This document shows, piece by piece, positions 36,963 through 48,419 of a stretch of 64,000 nt of DNA. Each line of letters opens with the position of its first letter. Position 1 is the stretch's first letter. The notes under the pieces are model-generated. The model was given only the letters and a program-made list of their open reading frames with translations. It did no database searches and was not told the DNA's origin. This stretch comes from Takakia lepidozioides (lineage: Eukaryota > Plantae > Bryophyta), in the NCBI GenBank assembly GCA_030704615.1, contig CM060731.1, forward strand, positions 90,892,001 to 90,956,000, in the 5' to 3' direction. The position numbers were made by a program, and so were the translations under genes.

Positions 36963-38190
36963 AAGCGACCGCTAATACTAAGGTCGCTATTTTTTTTTTA
37001 AATGAAAAACAAGCGACCGCCACTACTGCGGTCGCTTTTATTTCCTTTCATTTTGTGCAATATTGCAGTCACTTCTATTTTGTATATTTTTAAATTTAAG
37101 CGACCGCCCGTATGGCGGTCAGACAACGTTGAGTTGCATCCAGAATGGAAATGCGGTTTCATGCCTGAGATCCAAAACGGAAATGCGGCGCCGCATTTCC
37201 GTTCGACTGTTTCATGACTTTCATCTCGAACGGAAATGCGGTGCCGCATTTCCGTTATGGAAAGTAGAAAGGTTTCTCTTTCAAAATATAATGCGACTGC
37301 CGGTATGGCGGTCGCTTCATTTGTTAATATATTTAAAATAAAGTGACTGCCCCAATATGGCGGTCGTTTTTATTTTTAATATTTATAAAAAAAAGCGACC
37401 GCCAGTAAGGCGGCTGCTTTTATTTTATGGCGGTCGTTTGTTTTTTCTATATATTTTTTAAATTAAGCAACCGCCCAATGGCGGTCGCTGTTTTTTTTTT
37501 ATATATTTTTAAAATTATCCGACCGCCATATGGCAGTCGCTTGTTCTGTACATATTTACAAAATTGTGCGACCGCCAATACGGCAGTCGCTTGTTTTTTA
37601 AAAAAAAATTAGGCGACCGCCAATGCGATCGCCAATCTTGCTTTAAAAATAATAATTGAAGCGACCGCCAATACAGCAGTCGCTATTTTTTATTTTTTTT
37701 TCGAAAAACAAAGCGACCGCCATAATTGGCGGTCGCGTTCATTTTGTTAATTTTCAAAAATGTATTTGCCACCGTGCGAGCGCCAATACGGCAATCGCTT
37801 GTTTTTTTTTTGAAATTAGGCGACCACCAATACGCCCGCCAATCTTGTTTTTTTTAAAAAATAAATTGAAGTGACCGCCAACATAGCGGTCGCTATTTGT
37901 TTTTTTAATTTGAAAAATAAGGCGACCGCCAGTGTGACCGCCAATCTTGCTTTAAAAAAAAAAACATTTGAAGCGACCGCCAATATGGCGGTCGCTATTT
38001 CTTTTTTTATTTCGAGAAAAAAAAAGCCCGCCGGTGCGACCGCCAATTTTGCTTTAAAAATAATAATTTTTGAAGCCACCGCCAATACGATGGTCGCTAT
38101 TTATTTATTAATTTCGAAAAACAAAGCGAATTGGCGGTCGTGTTCATTTTGTTAATTTTCAAAATGTATTTGCCACCGCCACCGTGTCAG
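36963..38190. repeat. AT-rich array of AGCGACCGCC(N4-5)GGCGGTCGCT inverted motifs, with an embedded ~130-bp piece of E1-type array (37140-37255)
   Basis: Many GCGACCGC/GCGGTCGC copies; E1 palindromes at 37179 and 37232 (53 bp apart). Confidence 0.85.
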
Positions 38191-38340
38191 CGACGTGGCT
38201 GCTTAAGCGGCAGTATTTTACTTGGTACTATTTTTACCAGAATATTCCCCGAACCTGACGTGACGGAGGTCCCGTCAGCGTCAGGTCTGACGTGACCTTA
38301 CGCTAACGGACGGACGTGACGCTGATAACCGGGGATAAAA

Positions 38341-38850
38341 TAGGCAGAGCAAGCATCATAGAAAACACTTCACGGAGAGTACTTCTTGGTCATTCACGGA
38401 AGGAGATCAGGAATGGGAGCAAGGATGGAGAGCACGGTGAAGGAGGAGAGATAATCAGTAGATGCTTGTTACATGCAAAGCTGTAGTGATACTGTAGAGC
38501 AGATTAGAGACACCATGGCTTCGGCCTGCTACCTGATAAATCTTAATCTGATACTTATTCGATACAATCACACTGTGTAGAGAGACTTGAGTGAAGCTGT
38601 GGAATGAATGGATGAGTAAATGGAACCTGATAGATACTGAAGCAATATGATACTTCAGTATACACAGTAAGGTAATTTGCTAACATGAAGGCAAGAAGAA
38701 ATACAAACAGGAAGCACAACCATGATTCACTAGCTGTAGGTCATGACTGATTGTTCTGAGCGGGCTGAGTGCTTAGAGATATCCAACTCTTATATCTTGG
38801 AGTTTCCACCTCGGATAGTGAAGGGATGGGTGAGTAAAAGCCGCTCGACA
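38341..38850 (+). repeat. LTR-like repeat, copy 1 (ends ...CTCGACA)
   Basis: Inverted, highly similar copy of 43004-43542; upstream region rich in TGACGT motifs. Confidence 0.8.
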
Positions 38851-41332
38851 AGTATCTGAGATATTCAAGAATTATGTCAACGATTTTATGCAAGTATTTT
38901 TAGATGATTTCAGTGTCTTCGGACAGAAATCCAAACACTTGGCACAATTAAAACTCTACTTACAAGCCTGCAGAAACAATGGAGTAAGTCTCAACCCGGA
39001 GAAATGTATATTCTGTGTGAATTCAGGATTATTGTTGGAACACATTGTGTGCCAACAGGGAATTCTGGTGGATCCAAAGAAAGTGGAGGTTATCCAGAAA
39101 ATACCACCATCAGAAAATCCCAAGAAACTCAAGAGATTTCTGGGTCAGACAAGCTATTACAGAAGGTACATAGACAAATATGCTCACAGAGCGGCACCAG
39201 TCTACAGACTGCTGAAGCAAGATGCTGAATATCGATGGTCTCCAGCTTGCCATGATTCATTTGATTCACTAAAAAGAGTATTCACAACAGCACCAATTCT
39301 GATAAATCCAAGATGGGATTTACCATTTCATGTACACAGTGATGCATCAGGCATTGCTTTGGGAGCAGTTTTGGCTCAAAATGTGACGGGCACAATAGAT
39401 TCACCAATCTATTATGCAAGCAGATTGTTGACAGCAGCCGAGAAGAACTATAGCACCACAGAAAGGGAAGCATTGGCAATGATTTATGCTGTTCAAAAGT
39501 TTCGGCATTATTTACTTGGCAATCGCTTTAAGTTTATTGTTGATCATCAGGCTCTAGTTCATTTAGCAAATCGACCACTAGCTAGTGGCAGAGTTGCTCG
39601 ATGGTTATTACTTCTTCATGAGTATGATTTTGAAGTTGTTCATAAACCAGGGAGATTACATGTTACAGCAGATCATCTGTCAATGATCACTACAGGAGAA
39701 CCAGCCACGGGGGTAGAGGATCAACTTCTCGACGCATTTTTGTTTGCTGTTCAACCAGAAGCACCAGATGAAGAGACAAATCCTATAGATGCTTTGGGAA
39801 TGTTTCAAGGAGACTATGGCCTTCCAGATGCTCTTAAACTCATGGATGACACTGATGAAGAAGAGGACTCATCAGATGAAGATGAACCTCTTGATGAAGG
39901 ACCTATTATTGAGGAAGAGCCAGATCCAGAAGAAGAAGATGATAAGGAAAACGAAGAAACAAACAATCAAGAATTGGCCAATATCAGTATTGGAGCTTAT
40001 ACAGTTACCAAAGAAGAGTCAGAAGATATTCAGGATCAAGATCAAGACGATTGGCAATGGCCAATCAAATACTATCTGAACATAGGGAAATTTCCTTAAG
40101 ACTATACCAAAGATGACAGGATGAAGCTTTCAATGAAAAGCAAGCCATACACAATAATCAAGGGGATTATGTACAAAAGAGGAATTGACTCCATAATGAG
40201 AAGATGTGTAAACAAACAGCAAGCCAAAACAGTGATGCAATAACTACACGAAGGAATTGCAGGAGGACACTTCAGTTCGGACCTGATAGCAAAGAAGATA
40301 TTATTAGCGGGTTACTGGTGGCCTACGGTATTTGGAGATACTTATGAACACTATCAACAGTGTGATGTTTGCCAGAGGATGGGACCGGTAGAATGAACGG
40401 GGAAGGGGACTCTGCACCCAATACTGCCAACAGAACCATTTCAGCGCTGGGGGCTAGACTTCGTGGGACCCATTAAACCTCCAGCAAGGTACACACAAAA
40501 CCAATACATCCTCACAGCCACTGACTACACTATAGAGGCCAAGGCACTAAGAGACAAAACTGCCAGATCGATAGCCAAATTCTTATATGAAAACATCATC
40601 ACACAATTTGGTTGCCCACTAGAATTCGTCAGTGATCAAGGATCACATTTTATAAATGATGCCATAAAATGCTTGACGGAGGAGTTCATGATCGTACATC
40701 ACAAGAGTACTGCTTACTATCCCCAAGGAAATGGCCAGGCCAAATCTACCAACAAGATATTATGCACTATCTTAACCAAGATAGTAAATGCCAATCGTAC
40801 AGATTGGGACACCAAATTGAACACAACACTATGGGCATTCAGGACATCATACAAGGTGACCACGAAACATACACCATTTCAACTGGTGTATGGAGCAGAG
40901 GCACTATTACCCATTGAATGTATGATACCCACACTACGAACCGGAACTCACGATGGGGTTTAGAGGAATCTCTACGAGTCAGGGAATATGAGTTATTCCA
41001 TCTGGAAGAAGTTCGGGTAGACGCCGCAGATAACATGGCACGGATTCAAGAACAACGAAGAAAAGAATATCCGAAGGGAAAGAGAAATCTTTCCAGGACG
41101 GGGACATTGTTTGTGGTTACCAAAAATCAAGAAGATCAAACTGGGCGGAAAATTGAAAATGCCATGGATGGGACCATTTCAAATCAAAAAGGTACATGAC
41201 AATGGAACTGTTGATTTGCAGACCTTGGAACAAGAATTCGTGGGACGAATTGATATTAACAAGTTAAAAGGCTACCAAGGAATACATGACAAAGCCCTTA
41301 TACATGACTTATACGCCAACGAGGAAGATTAA
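38851..41332 (+). mobile_element. Ty3/Gypsy pol fragment (RT C-half, RNase H, integrase), decayed
   Basis: QVFLDDF, SDASGIALGAVL, NYSTTEREALA, VDHQAL, H...GGHF...CDVCQ, WGLDFVGP, SDQGSHF, TPFQLVYG, WMGPF; acidic insert between RNase H and integrase. Confidence 0.92.
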
Positions 41333-42206
41333 ACTGAAGATGCGGAGCGTGAAACTGCCAGTGCATACTACATTCATCACGACACGGTGAATCGTCATGT
41401 ACTAAGACAGGTGGCAACACGAATTCAGGGCACCACGACGGCTAGACCACCATTCATCTGGAGGACAACATTACCACCCCGTATACCGTATGGTGAACTG
41501 TGGCCAGCACAGATGCCCTACAGAACCGTGAACGAATACGAAGCAGCCAACGAGTCACTGCCTGTGTTAAACTCCGAGAGGTACGTTCCAAATCACCCCA
41601 CCGACCGTGGTAATCATACACCACTAGCCATCGATCATAACACGGAGGCCGAACGACGGCGCAATACAACGGATTGCCAAAAGACGGCGGATGATAAGGG
41701 CAAAGCCATTAAACCAAGCTGCAAGTATTGCGCACACGCCGCCCATCTAAAAACAGACCACGTACCAAAGTGGATGAACACATCCAAGACGGATGAACAT
41801 AAACTGACCGAAACCGGACAATCATCAACGACCATTAGTTCGATCCAAAACAAACCCCGAAGAAAACAACAACGGAAGAAAATTAGGCACAAAAGGGATG
41901 AAGTTTTCTGAAAACCGTTACCAGAAGCTAAATGCTTCTTGGTAAGCCTGGGCCCAGCAATTAAAGCTAACCGCGCTTTAAACCTAGGCAACCAGCAGGA
42001 CAGGATTACCTCCACGAGAACCTCGAGAGAAGTTAGAGGAGAAGCCTACAGAGGAGAACCCCTACTTAAACCCAGAAGCGAACTCCTCACCTTCTCTTCC
42101 GCAAACTGGAAATTGCTTTATACACAACTTCCAGTGTGCTTCATACTGCTTGTGATACAGGAATTGGTGCTCCAATTCCTTACAGCAACCGCAAGACTAA
42201 GAGAAA

Positions 42207-43003
42207 TGGCAGGCACTAAGCGGAAGGCACCAAGTTCTTATGCGCAAGTGAATTTCAAAATCAGCCCGGCGCTGCGGAAGATTGAGCAAGACACAGAGAC
42301 ACAGGAGACGTTGGATAGTCTTGGCCTGCGATACTTCATCACCACGCTGGACTGGAACCTGAAGCACGACGAGCTGTGCAGGGAGTTCTTGGAGAATTAC
42401 AACACCAGCACTCGGAGCACCAATGTCCGTGACACACACATCCTGCTGACGGAGAAGTACTTGGCGGAAGTGTTTCACCTTCCCAGTCTGGACGTACCGG
42501 CGCACAGCGGCAAACCTCCAAGGTTTGTACTTGCAGATTTGTTTGAGAATCTCAACCAAGCAGATTAGGGCTACACATGCAGTCACAGCAAAAGCCCCGG
42601 TTTTAGGAAGATAGCCCCGGTACTTAGCACGTTGCTTTGCCTCAGGCAAAACCATAGCTACTGTACCAAGGAGCTAATCGATCAAGTGTTGGTTTGCCTC
42701 AATGGGCAAATCATGAATTGGGCAAGCTTCTTATTGAAGAAGTTAACCCAAGAATTGACCCGGTTGACAAAGAAGAAGAGGGACGACTGTTACCATGGCC
42801 ACCCCCTTGTTACTCCAAATGATTCGACATATTGTACACCTAACACCCGAAGAGCAAGCGACGTTGGGGATTATGCAACGGGTAGATATGATGGAGGAAG
42901 AAGGGAGTGAGACGGCAGCAGGTCAAGAAGAAGAAGAGGGTGGACTTGCAAAGAGAGCCCGGATCAACGAAGCAACCACAAGTGCAGCAGCAGAGGACAT
43001 CAT
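42207..43003 (+). pseudogene. Extra ORF 3' of integrase (plant Gypsy accessory-ORF-like), truncated by the LTR
   Basis: MAGTKRK...LGLRYF...LCREFLENY...LAEVFHLP...MNWASFLLKKL; contains stops and frameshifts. Confidence 0.5.
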
Positions 43004-43542
43004 TGTCGAACGGCTTTTACTCACCCATCCCTTCGCTATCCGAGGTGGAAGCTCCAAGATAGAAGAGTTGGATATCTCTAAGCACTCAGCCCGCTCAGAA
43101 CAATCAGTCATGACCTACAGCTAGTATATCATGGTTGTGCTTCATGTTTGTATTTCTTCTTACCTTCATGTTAGCAATTTACCTTACTGTGTATACTTAA
43201 GCATCAGTTTGCTTCAGTATCTATCAGGTTCCATTCACGCATCCATTCATTCCACAGCTTCACTCAAGTCTCTCTACACAGTGTGATTGTATCAAATAAG
43301 TATCGGATTAAGACTTATCATATATTAGGCCGAAGCCATGGTGTCCCTATCCTGCTCTACGGTATATCACTACAGCTTTGCATGTATCAAGCATCTACTG
43401 ATCATCTCTCCTCCTTCACCGTGCTCTCCATCCTTGCTCCCGTTCCTGCTCTCCGCCTGATCTCCTCTCGTGAATGATCAAGAAGTGCTCCGTCAGAAGT
43501 GAGTCCCGAAAAAGTGTCCCCTCCATGTTGTTGCTCTGCCTA
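43004..43542 (-). repeat. LTR-like repeat, copy 2 (inverted)
   Basis: Begins TGTCGA on + strand; reverse complement of 38341-38850 with scattered substitutions and indels. Confidence 0.8.
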
Positions 43543-43674
43543 ATCTATCTGCAAGCTGTTCTAACCGCCTAACTAATTAACTGTCACCCAAGAAGTAATC
43601 ACATTCCTTCCACAGATGTCGTTCCCACACAATCGTTCCCTACCAGTGATAACCATTCCCTATGTACGCTATGA

Positions 43675-44012
43675 CGGGCTGTGCCAAGCTGTGTCAGGCT
43701 GTGACTGGCTGTGTCAGACTGTGTCGGCTGTGACTGGCTGTGTACAGCTGTGTCGGGCTGTGTCGTGTTGTGTCGTGCTGTGACTGGCTGTGCGAAGCTG
43801 TGTCGAGCTGTGATAGACTGTGACTAACTGTGACAGACTATGTAAGGCTGTGTCGGGCTGTGTAAGACTGTGTATGGTTGTGACTAACTGTGACAGACTA
43901 TGTAAGGTTGTGTCGAGCTGTGTAAGACTGTGTATGGCTGTGACTAAATGTGACAGACTATGTAAGGCTGTGTCGGGCTGTGTAAGACTATGTATGGCTG
44001 TGACTGACTGTG
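43675..44012. repeat. Tandem repeat of 10-bp GCTGTG/ACTGTG subunits with 60-bp higher-order units
   Basis: tgactaactgtgacagactatgtaaggctgtgtcgggctgtgtaagactgtgtatgg repeated about three times at 60-bp period. Confidence 0.9.
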
Positions 44013-45807
44013 CAACCTTGTGTATCACCCCCTAAGCCTGTGTTGGTTTAAGTCTACCATCGTAAGTCTGCGCAAAAATTAAGGGTACCCCACAGAACCC
44101 GTAAAACTATCTAAGTCCCAGACAGCCCTCTAACATTACCCCTCCCCCTCTCAAAAAGCCGTGTCCTCACAGTTTACTGTTTAGGATCAGCAAACCTTTG
44201 TGAACGAACACCCTTCTGTCGGTGAGGATCCTTTGGAGGGCTCTGTGTGCGAGCTCGAGCCCTGTCACTGGCTGATGGAAGTGTGGTTGTCTGTGAGGGA
44301 AAGAGTGTGCACATGGAGACCGGGAGGTGAGGAAGAATCTGCTTGTGCAACAGAGGGGAAAAAATAGGGCAGCCACTACTGAGGGGGCAGCTCGCTTTTA
44401 ACATAGAAGGAAGTTGAGAGTTGGTTCTCTGTGAGAGATACCTCAAATGCTTGAATCGCAGCATGAGCAGACCAGTTACTGACTCATTTGGATATTTGTC
44501 GGAGGTACTTTATGGCTTCAGCAGACCAGGGCTCAGCACTCCAAGAATTCCAAACTTTGCTTCAACACTTGATTGCCGTTCTGACTCCTCCCATAGCTCA
44601 GTATCCACGAGTTTGTTATGTGCCAGTGCTTACAAAAGCTGGAGATCAGAAATGTACGATGAATCTAAGCAATCCCTCGTCTCTCAAGCAAGCACCATCT
44701 TGGGACTATCTAGGTCTCACCAACCTTGTTCTCAGCCTTCCTTTTCTGCTTGTAATCTGGGTAGTTGCATCTGCCAACCTTATTGCGGATGTCCCATGAA
44801 GACTGAGTATCCCGAGTTTACCCTCAGATGGTTCATCTAGAATATATGAAAGGCATGGAAATGAAGACAATGATGCGCGTTCGAAGGCTTCTCAATGGTT
44901 TCTAACTTTTGTACTCCAACCATCTACAGAAACTCGTTTGGAAGTACACTCCAAACCAGAATCTTCCTTTCACCAAGCTGCCTTGTACACCCTTCTTTTG
45001 TGAAACCAACATTCGTGGTGATGATGATGCGAAACTAGAGGCTTCCACACCGGGCTGAAGCACCCTTCTCAACGTGCAATTTGGACGAGGTAGATTATAT
45101 TAGCCCCCGTGAGAACACATTTAGAGGGAAAAAATGATTCGAAGTGCCCTTCAGCCAAATAGCGTGCTCACTCCTTCATGAAACCATGACATTTCACCAA
45201 GTAGGTCGGCGATATATTTGAAGAGCTGCGTATGTGCCATGTCTGCATAACCACAAAATGATCTGATATATCATGAGATAATAAAATTGATGGTACTGTA
45301 AATGAGAGTAATCACAGGAAGTTAAATGAAAGATTTTTTAGCTTGGTTTGCTAGATTACCACGAAGAAAGATATGCCTACGTGGAGGGTGCAGAGTACAT
45401 ATTAAGTAGCAAATAACTACGACTCATGCAACTCCGTGTCATTTCGATCAGCTTCAGGTCATTGTCTTTGTGAGCTTTGTTTGTAGAATGTGAAGGGGTT
45501 TGCAGAGTTAGGATAGTTCACCAGAAGGAAACATATATGGTCTCAATGGAATTCAACTACCAATTAGATAATGTCCAAAGAAGACTACTTGGCAATCCAT
45601 GCATAGACCCACCCTCGCTGGGTAGTTGGCATCGACTTCATATTTAACAATCATTTATGCGTTCTGTCGCGACGACAAACTTAAAAACTACAAGTGCCCA
45701 AGAGAAAATAAATTGTTTCATGCAAACATATTGGTTCTTTGAACTCATACATGTTCATCAGAGAGGTAAATAGTTTTAAGAAAATAGTAATAATAATAAT
45801 GAATCTA

Positions 45808-46972
45808 TTAGTCAACGTCGACTTATCTTCGACTATAAACACAAAAAATTAGTTTGGGTTTAAGTTCATCAGAGAATGGGAAATAAAAAAGAAAAGAAAA
45901 ATAAAAAAACTATTAGTCGGCGCCGACTTATCCTCAACAATGAACACATAATAATAGTTTGGATTTAAAGTCGGCACCTACTTTAACGATGGGAGGGAAA
46001 AAAAACAAAAAAAACTATTAGTCGGCACCGACTTATCTTCGACTATGAACACAAAAAATCAGTTTGGGTTTAAAGTCGGCACCGACTTTAACCAAGGGAG
46101 CCAAGAGAAAAAAAAAAAAAAAAAAAAAAAACTAATAGTCGGCGCCGACTTATCCTCGATTATGAACCCCAAAAATCAGCTTAGGTTTAAAGTCGGCACC
46201 GACTCTAACCAAATGAGCCAAAAAAAGAGTTAATAAACTGATAAAAATTATTAGTTGGCGCCGACTTATCCTCGATTATGAACTGGAAAAATCAGCTTGG
46301 GTCTAAAGTCGGCACCAACTTTTAACCAAAGGAGCAAAGAAAAAAGTAAAAAGTAAAAAACTATTAATCGGCGCCAACTTATCCTCGATTATTGAACACA
46401 AAAAACCAACTTGGGTTTAAAGTCGGCACCGACTTTAACGATGGGAACTTTATACCCATGAGCATGAGCAAAATATTCATGAGCAAAGATAAAAACAACA
46501 TTATTTGGATGAAATATAGTATTTGCTCTAGAATCTTGATTTAGTCGGCGCCGACTTATAGGTTTTTTTTATTTTTATTTTAAAACAAAACTGATTTTTT
46601 GTGTTCAAACTTGAATAAGTCGGCGCCGATTTATAGTTTGTTTGTTTTTTTTTTTTGATTTTTTTTCCTCTCATCGTTAAAGTCGGTGCCGACTTTAAAC
46701 CCACACCGATTTTTTGCGTTCATAGTCGAAGACAAGTCGGCGCCGACTTGTAGTTTTTTTTTTTTTTTTTTTTTTTTTTTCCTTCCATCGTTAAAGTCGG
46801 TGCCGACTTTAAACACACACTGATTTTTAAATAGTCGAAGATAAGTCTGTGCCGACTTATATAATTTTTCTTTTCTTTTTTGTGTTTTTCTCCCATCGTT
46901 AAAGTCGGTGCCGACTTTAAACCCACACTGATTTTTTCTGTTCATAGTCGAAGATAAGTCGACGCAGACTTC
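45808..46972. repeat. E2 array of the palindrome (A/T)AGTCGGC(G/A)CCGACTT in pairs 54 bp apart; orientation flips at ~46443-46540
   Basis: Pairs at 45915/45969, 46020/46074, 46137/46191, 46253/46307 separated by poly-A linkers; mirrored after 46540. Confidence 0.9.
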
Positions 46973-47390
46973 CCTTAACCAGTCAGCGCATAATCGGCGC
47001 TGTGAATGACAGAACCTAGCTGGCCCAAAAAACACCAGGAATCGCTGTCTTTCGGATCTTACTTGTGTTCAAGAAATATTTGTTTTTATTACAAACGGTC
47101 CTATTCCCGCGGTCCTATTCTCGCGGCCCTATTCTCGCGGCCTTATTCTCCTCCTACGCCTGTAATCATTGCCGACTATGCAGGTTTGGCAACTGCCGAA
47201 CCTGTTTTTTCCGAACCGAGGGCAAACTTCTAGGCCACATTATGATGCAGTACCTCATACTTTTCGCCATGAAAAACAGTCGAAATTAGGTCGGGAAGGG
47301 CTAAATTCCAGGAATATTTCCTAAAAATTGCTCTTCTCATGTTTATATGTGCTCATGCTCATGTTCACCGCTCATGCAAAGTACACACCC

Positions 47391-48054
47391 ATTATGAAGT
47401 AGTGGTTTTTTCTTTCGGGCTAGGTGACGGTGTTTGAAATTATATGCAGAATATTTGGGATTAGCGGAAGGTCATCGGTGTGCGATGGCATGTATAGGTG
47501 GATAAGGGTAACAGGAGAGAGGGCGGGTAAGTGTATTTGTATGATTCGGAGGTGTGACCATAGTGGGATGGGAATATTCATTTTGGTGGTGGTGCTGGCC
47601 GAGTGGTGTGTACGGAGGATGCCAAGCGCGACACCACCACGGGAGGGGTGGTAGGGGGCTGACCGCCGGGATAGGCATTGTGCAGCTTTTAGTGGATTGC
47701 CATATATAATAGTCAGGGAGAAGTTTGTTCAGATAGGAGCTATTGAGAGTGTTAGTGTTGAGTTTGGTTTCCTGTAGAAGGATAATATGTGGGGAGACAG
47801 AGTCGTTGAGAAGATGTATGAGACTTTGAATACTGGTTGCTAGGGAGCCAACATTCTAGGTAGTAATGCAGAGCAAGTGCGCTTTTTGTGCAGGGGACAT
47901 GTGTGTCTGGTTGGGGGTTGAGTTGGGAGGAGATGTACTAGTTTGGTGGGGAGTTTGTGGCGGGGGTGTCAAGGGAGGGGGGGATGGGTGTGGTCTAGGC
48001 GGAGGTTGAAAGCCGGGGATTGGGGAATGGGCTTGCAGGGTAGCATTTAGAATG
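47391..48054 (-). mobile_element. Dualen-like LINE copy 1, N-terminal APE segment
   Basis: LCITT*NVGSL...LQETKL; joins the 33790 segment across the E2 TSD. Confidence 0.8.
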
Positions 48055-48419
48055 GAGCGTAGCTACGGCGTGAGCCCAGACCCGTGAGCCTGGGAGCTGA
48101 GCTCACGTTCAAGCTACAAAGCGTGAGCGGCACGAATCTGCTGGAGAAGAAGGTCCTATAGGCGAGGATTGCAGGAAGAGGGCCTATTACCATGGACAAA
48201 ACAAAGGGGGCCAACACACACCATGTCTGCAATGCCCGCTCAAAAACAGAAATATGAAAACATGGCAGATTTGAGCTCAGAATGATTGTCACAGTTTATT
48301 TCAATTCACAGATAGACGCTTACAATGAATTGCATGTGCATTTGCCCTGGTTCCGTAAACGAAATCCATATGTTTGTCAAAAATGCAAAGTCTTCACACG
48401 GCAACCTGCAAACCAGCAT

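Larger units (their letters stand above)
33791..47390. mobile_element. E2: 13.6-kb composite element of the E1 family (own transposase not present; filled with hAT and Gypsy material)
   Basis: TSD ATTATGAAG at 33782-33790 and 47391-47399. Ends gggggttacaaagtgagcgcatgagcatgagc and gctcatgcaaagtacacaccc. Subterminal tattcccgcgg is shared with the E1 right end. Removal restores LINE ...HYFIM|VGDFN. Confidence 0.8.

Noticed and set aside
43714-44035. Repeat proteins (HSLTQ.. / CVRLC..)
   Set aside because: Translations of a 10/60-bp tandem repeat.
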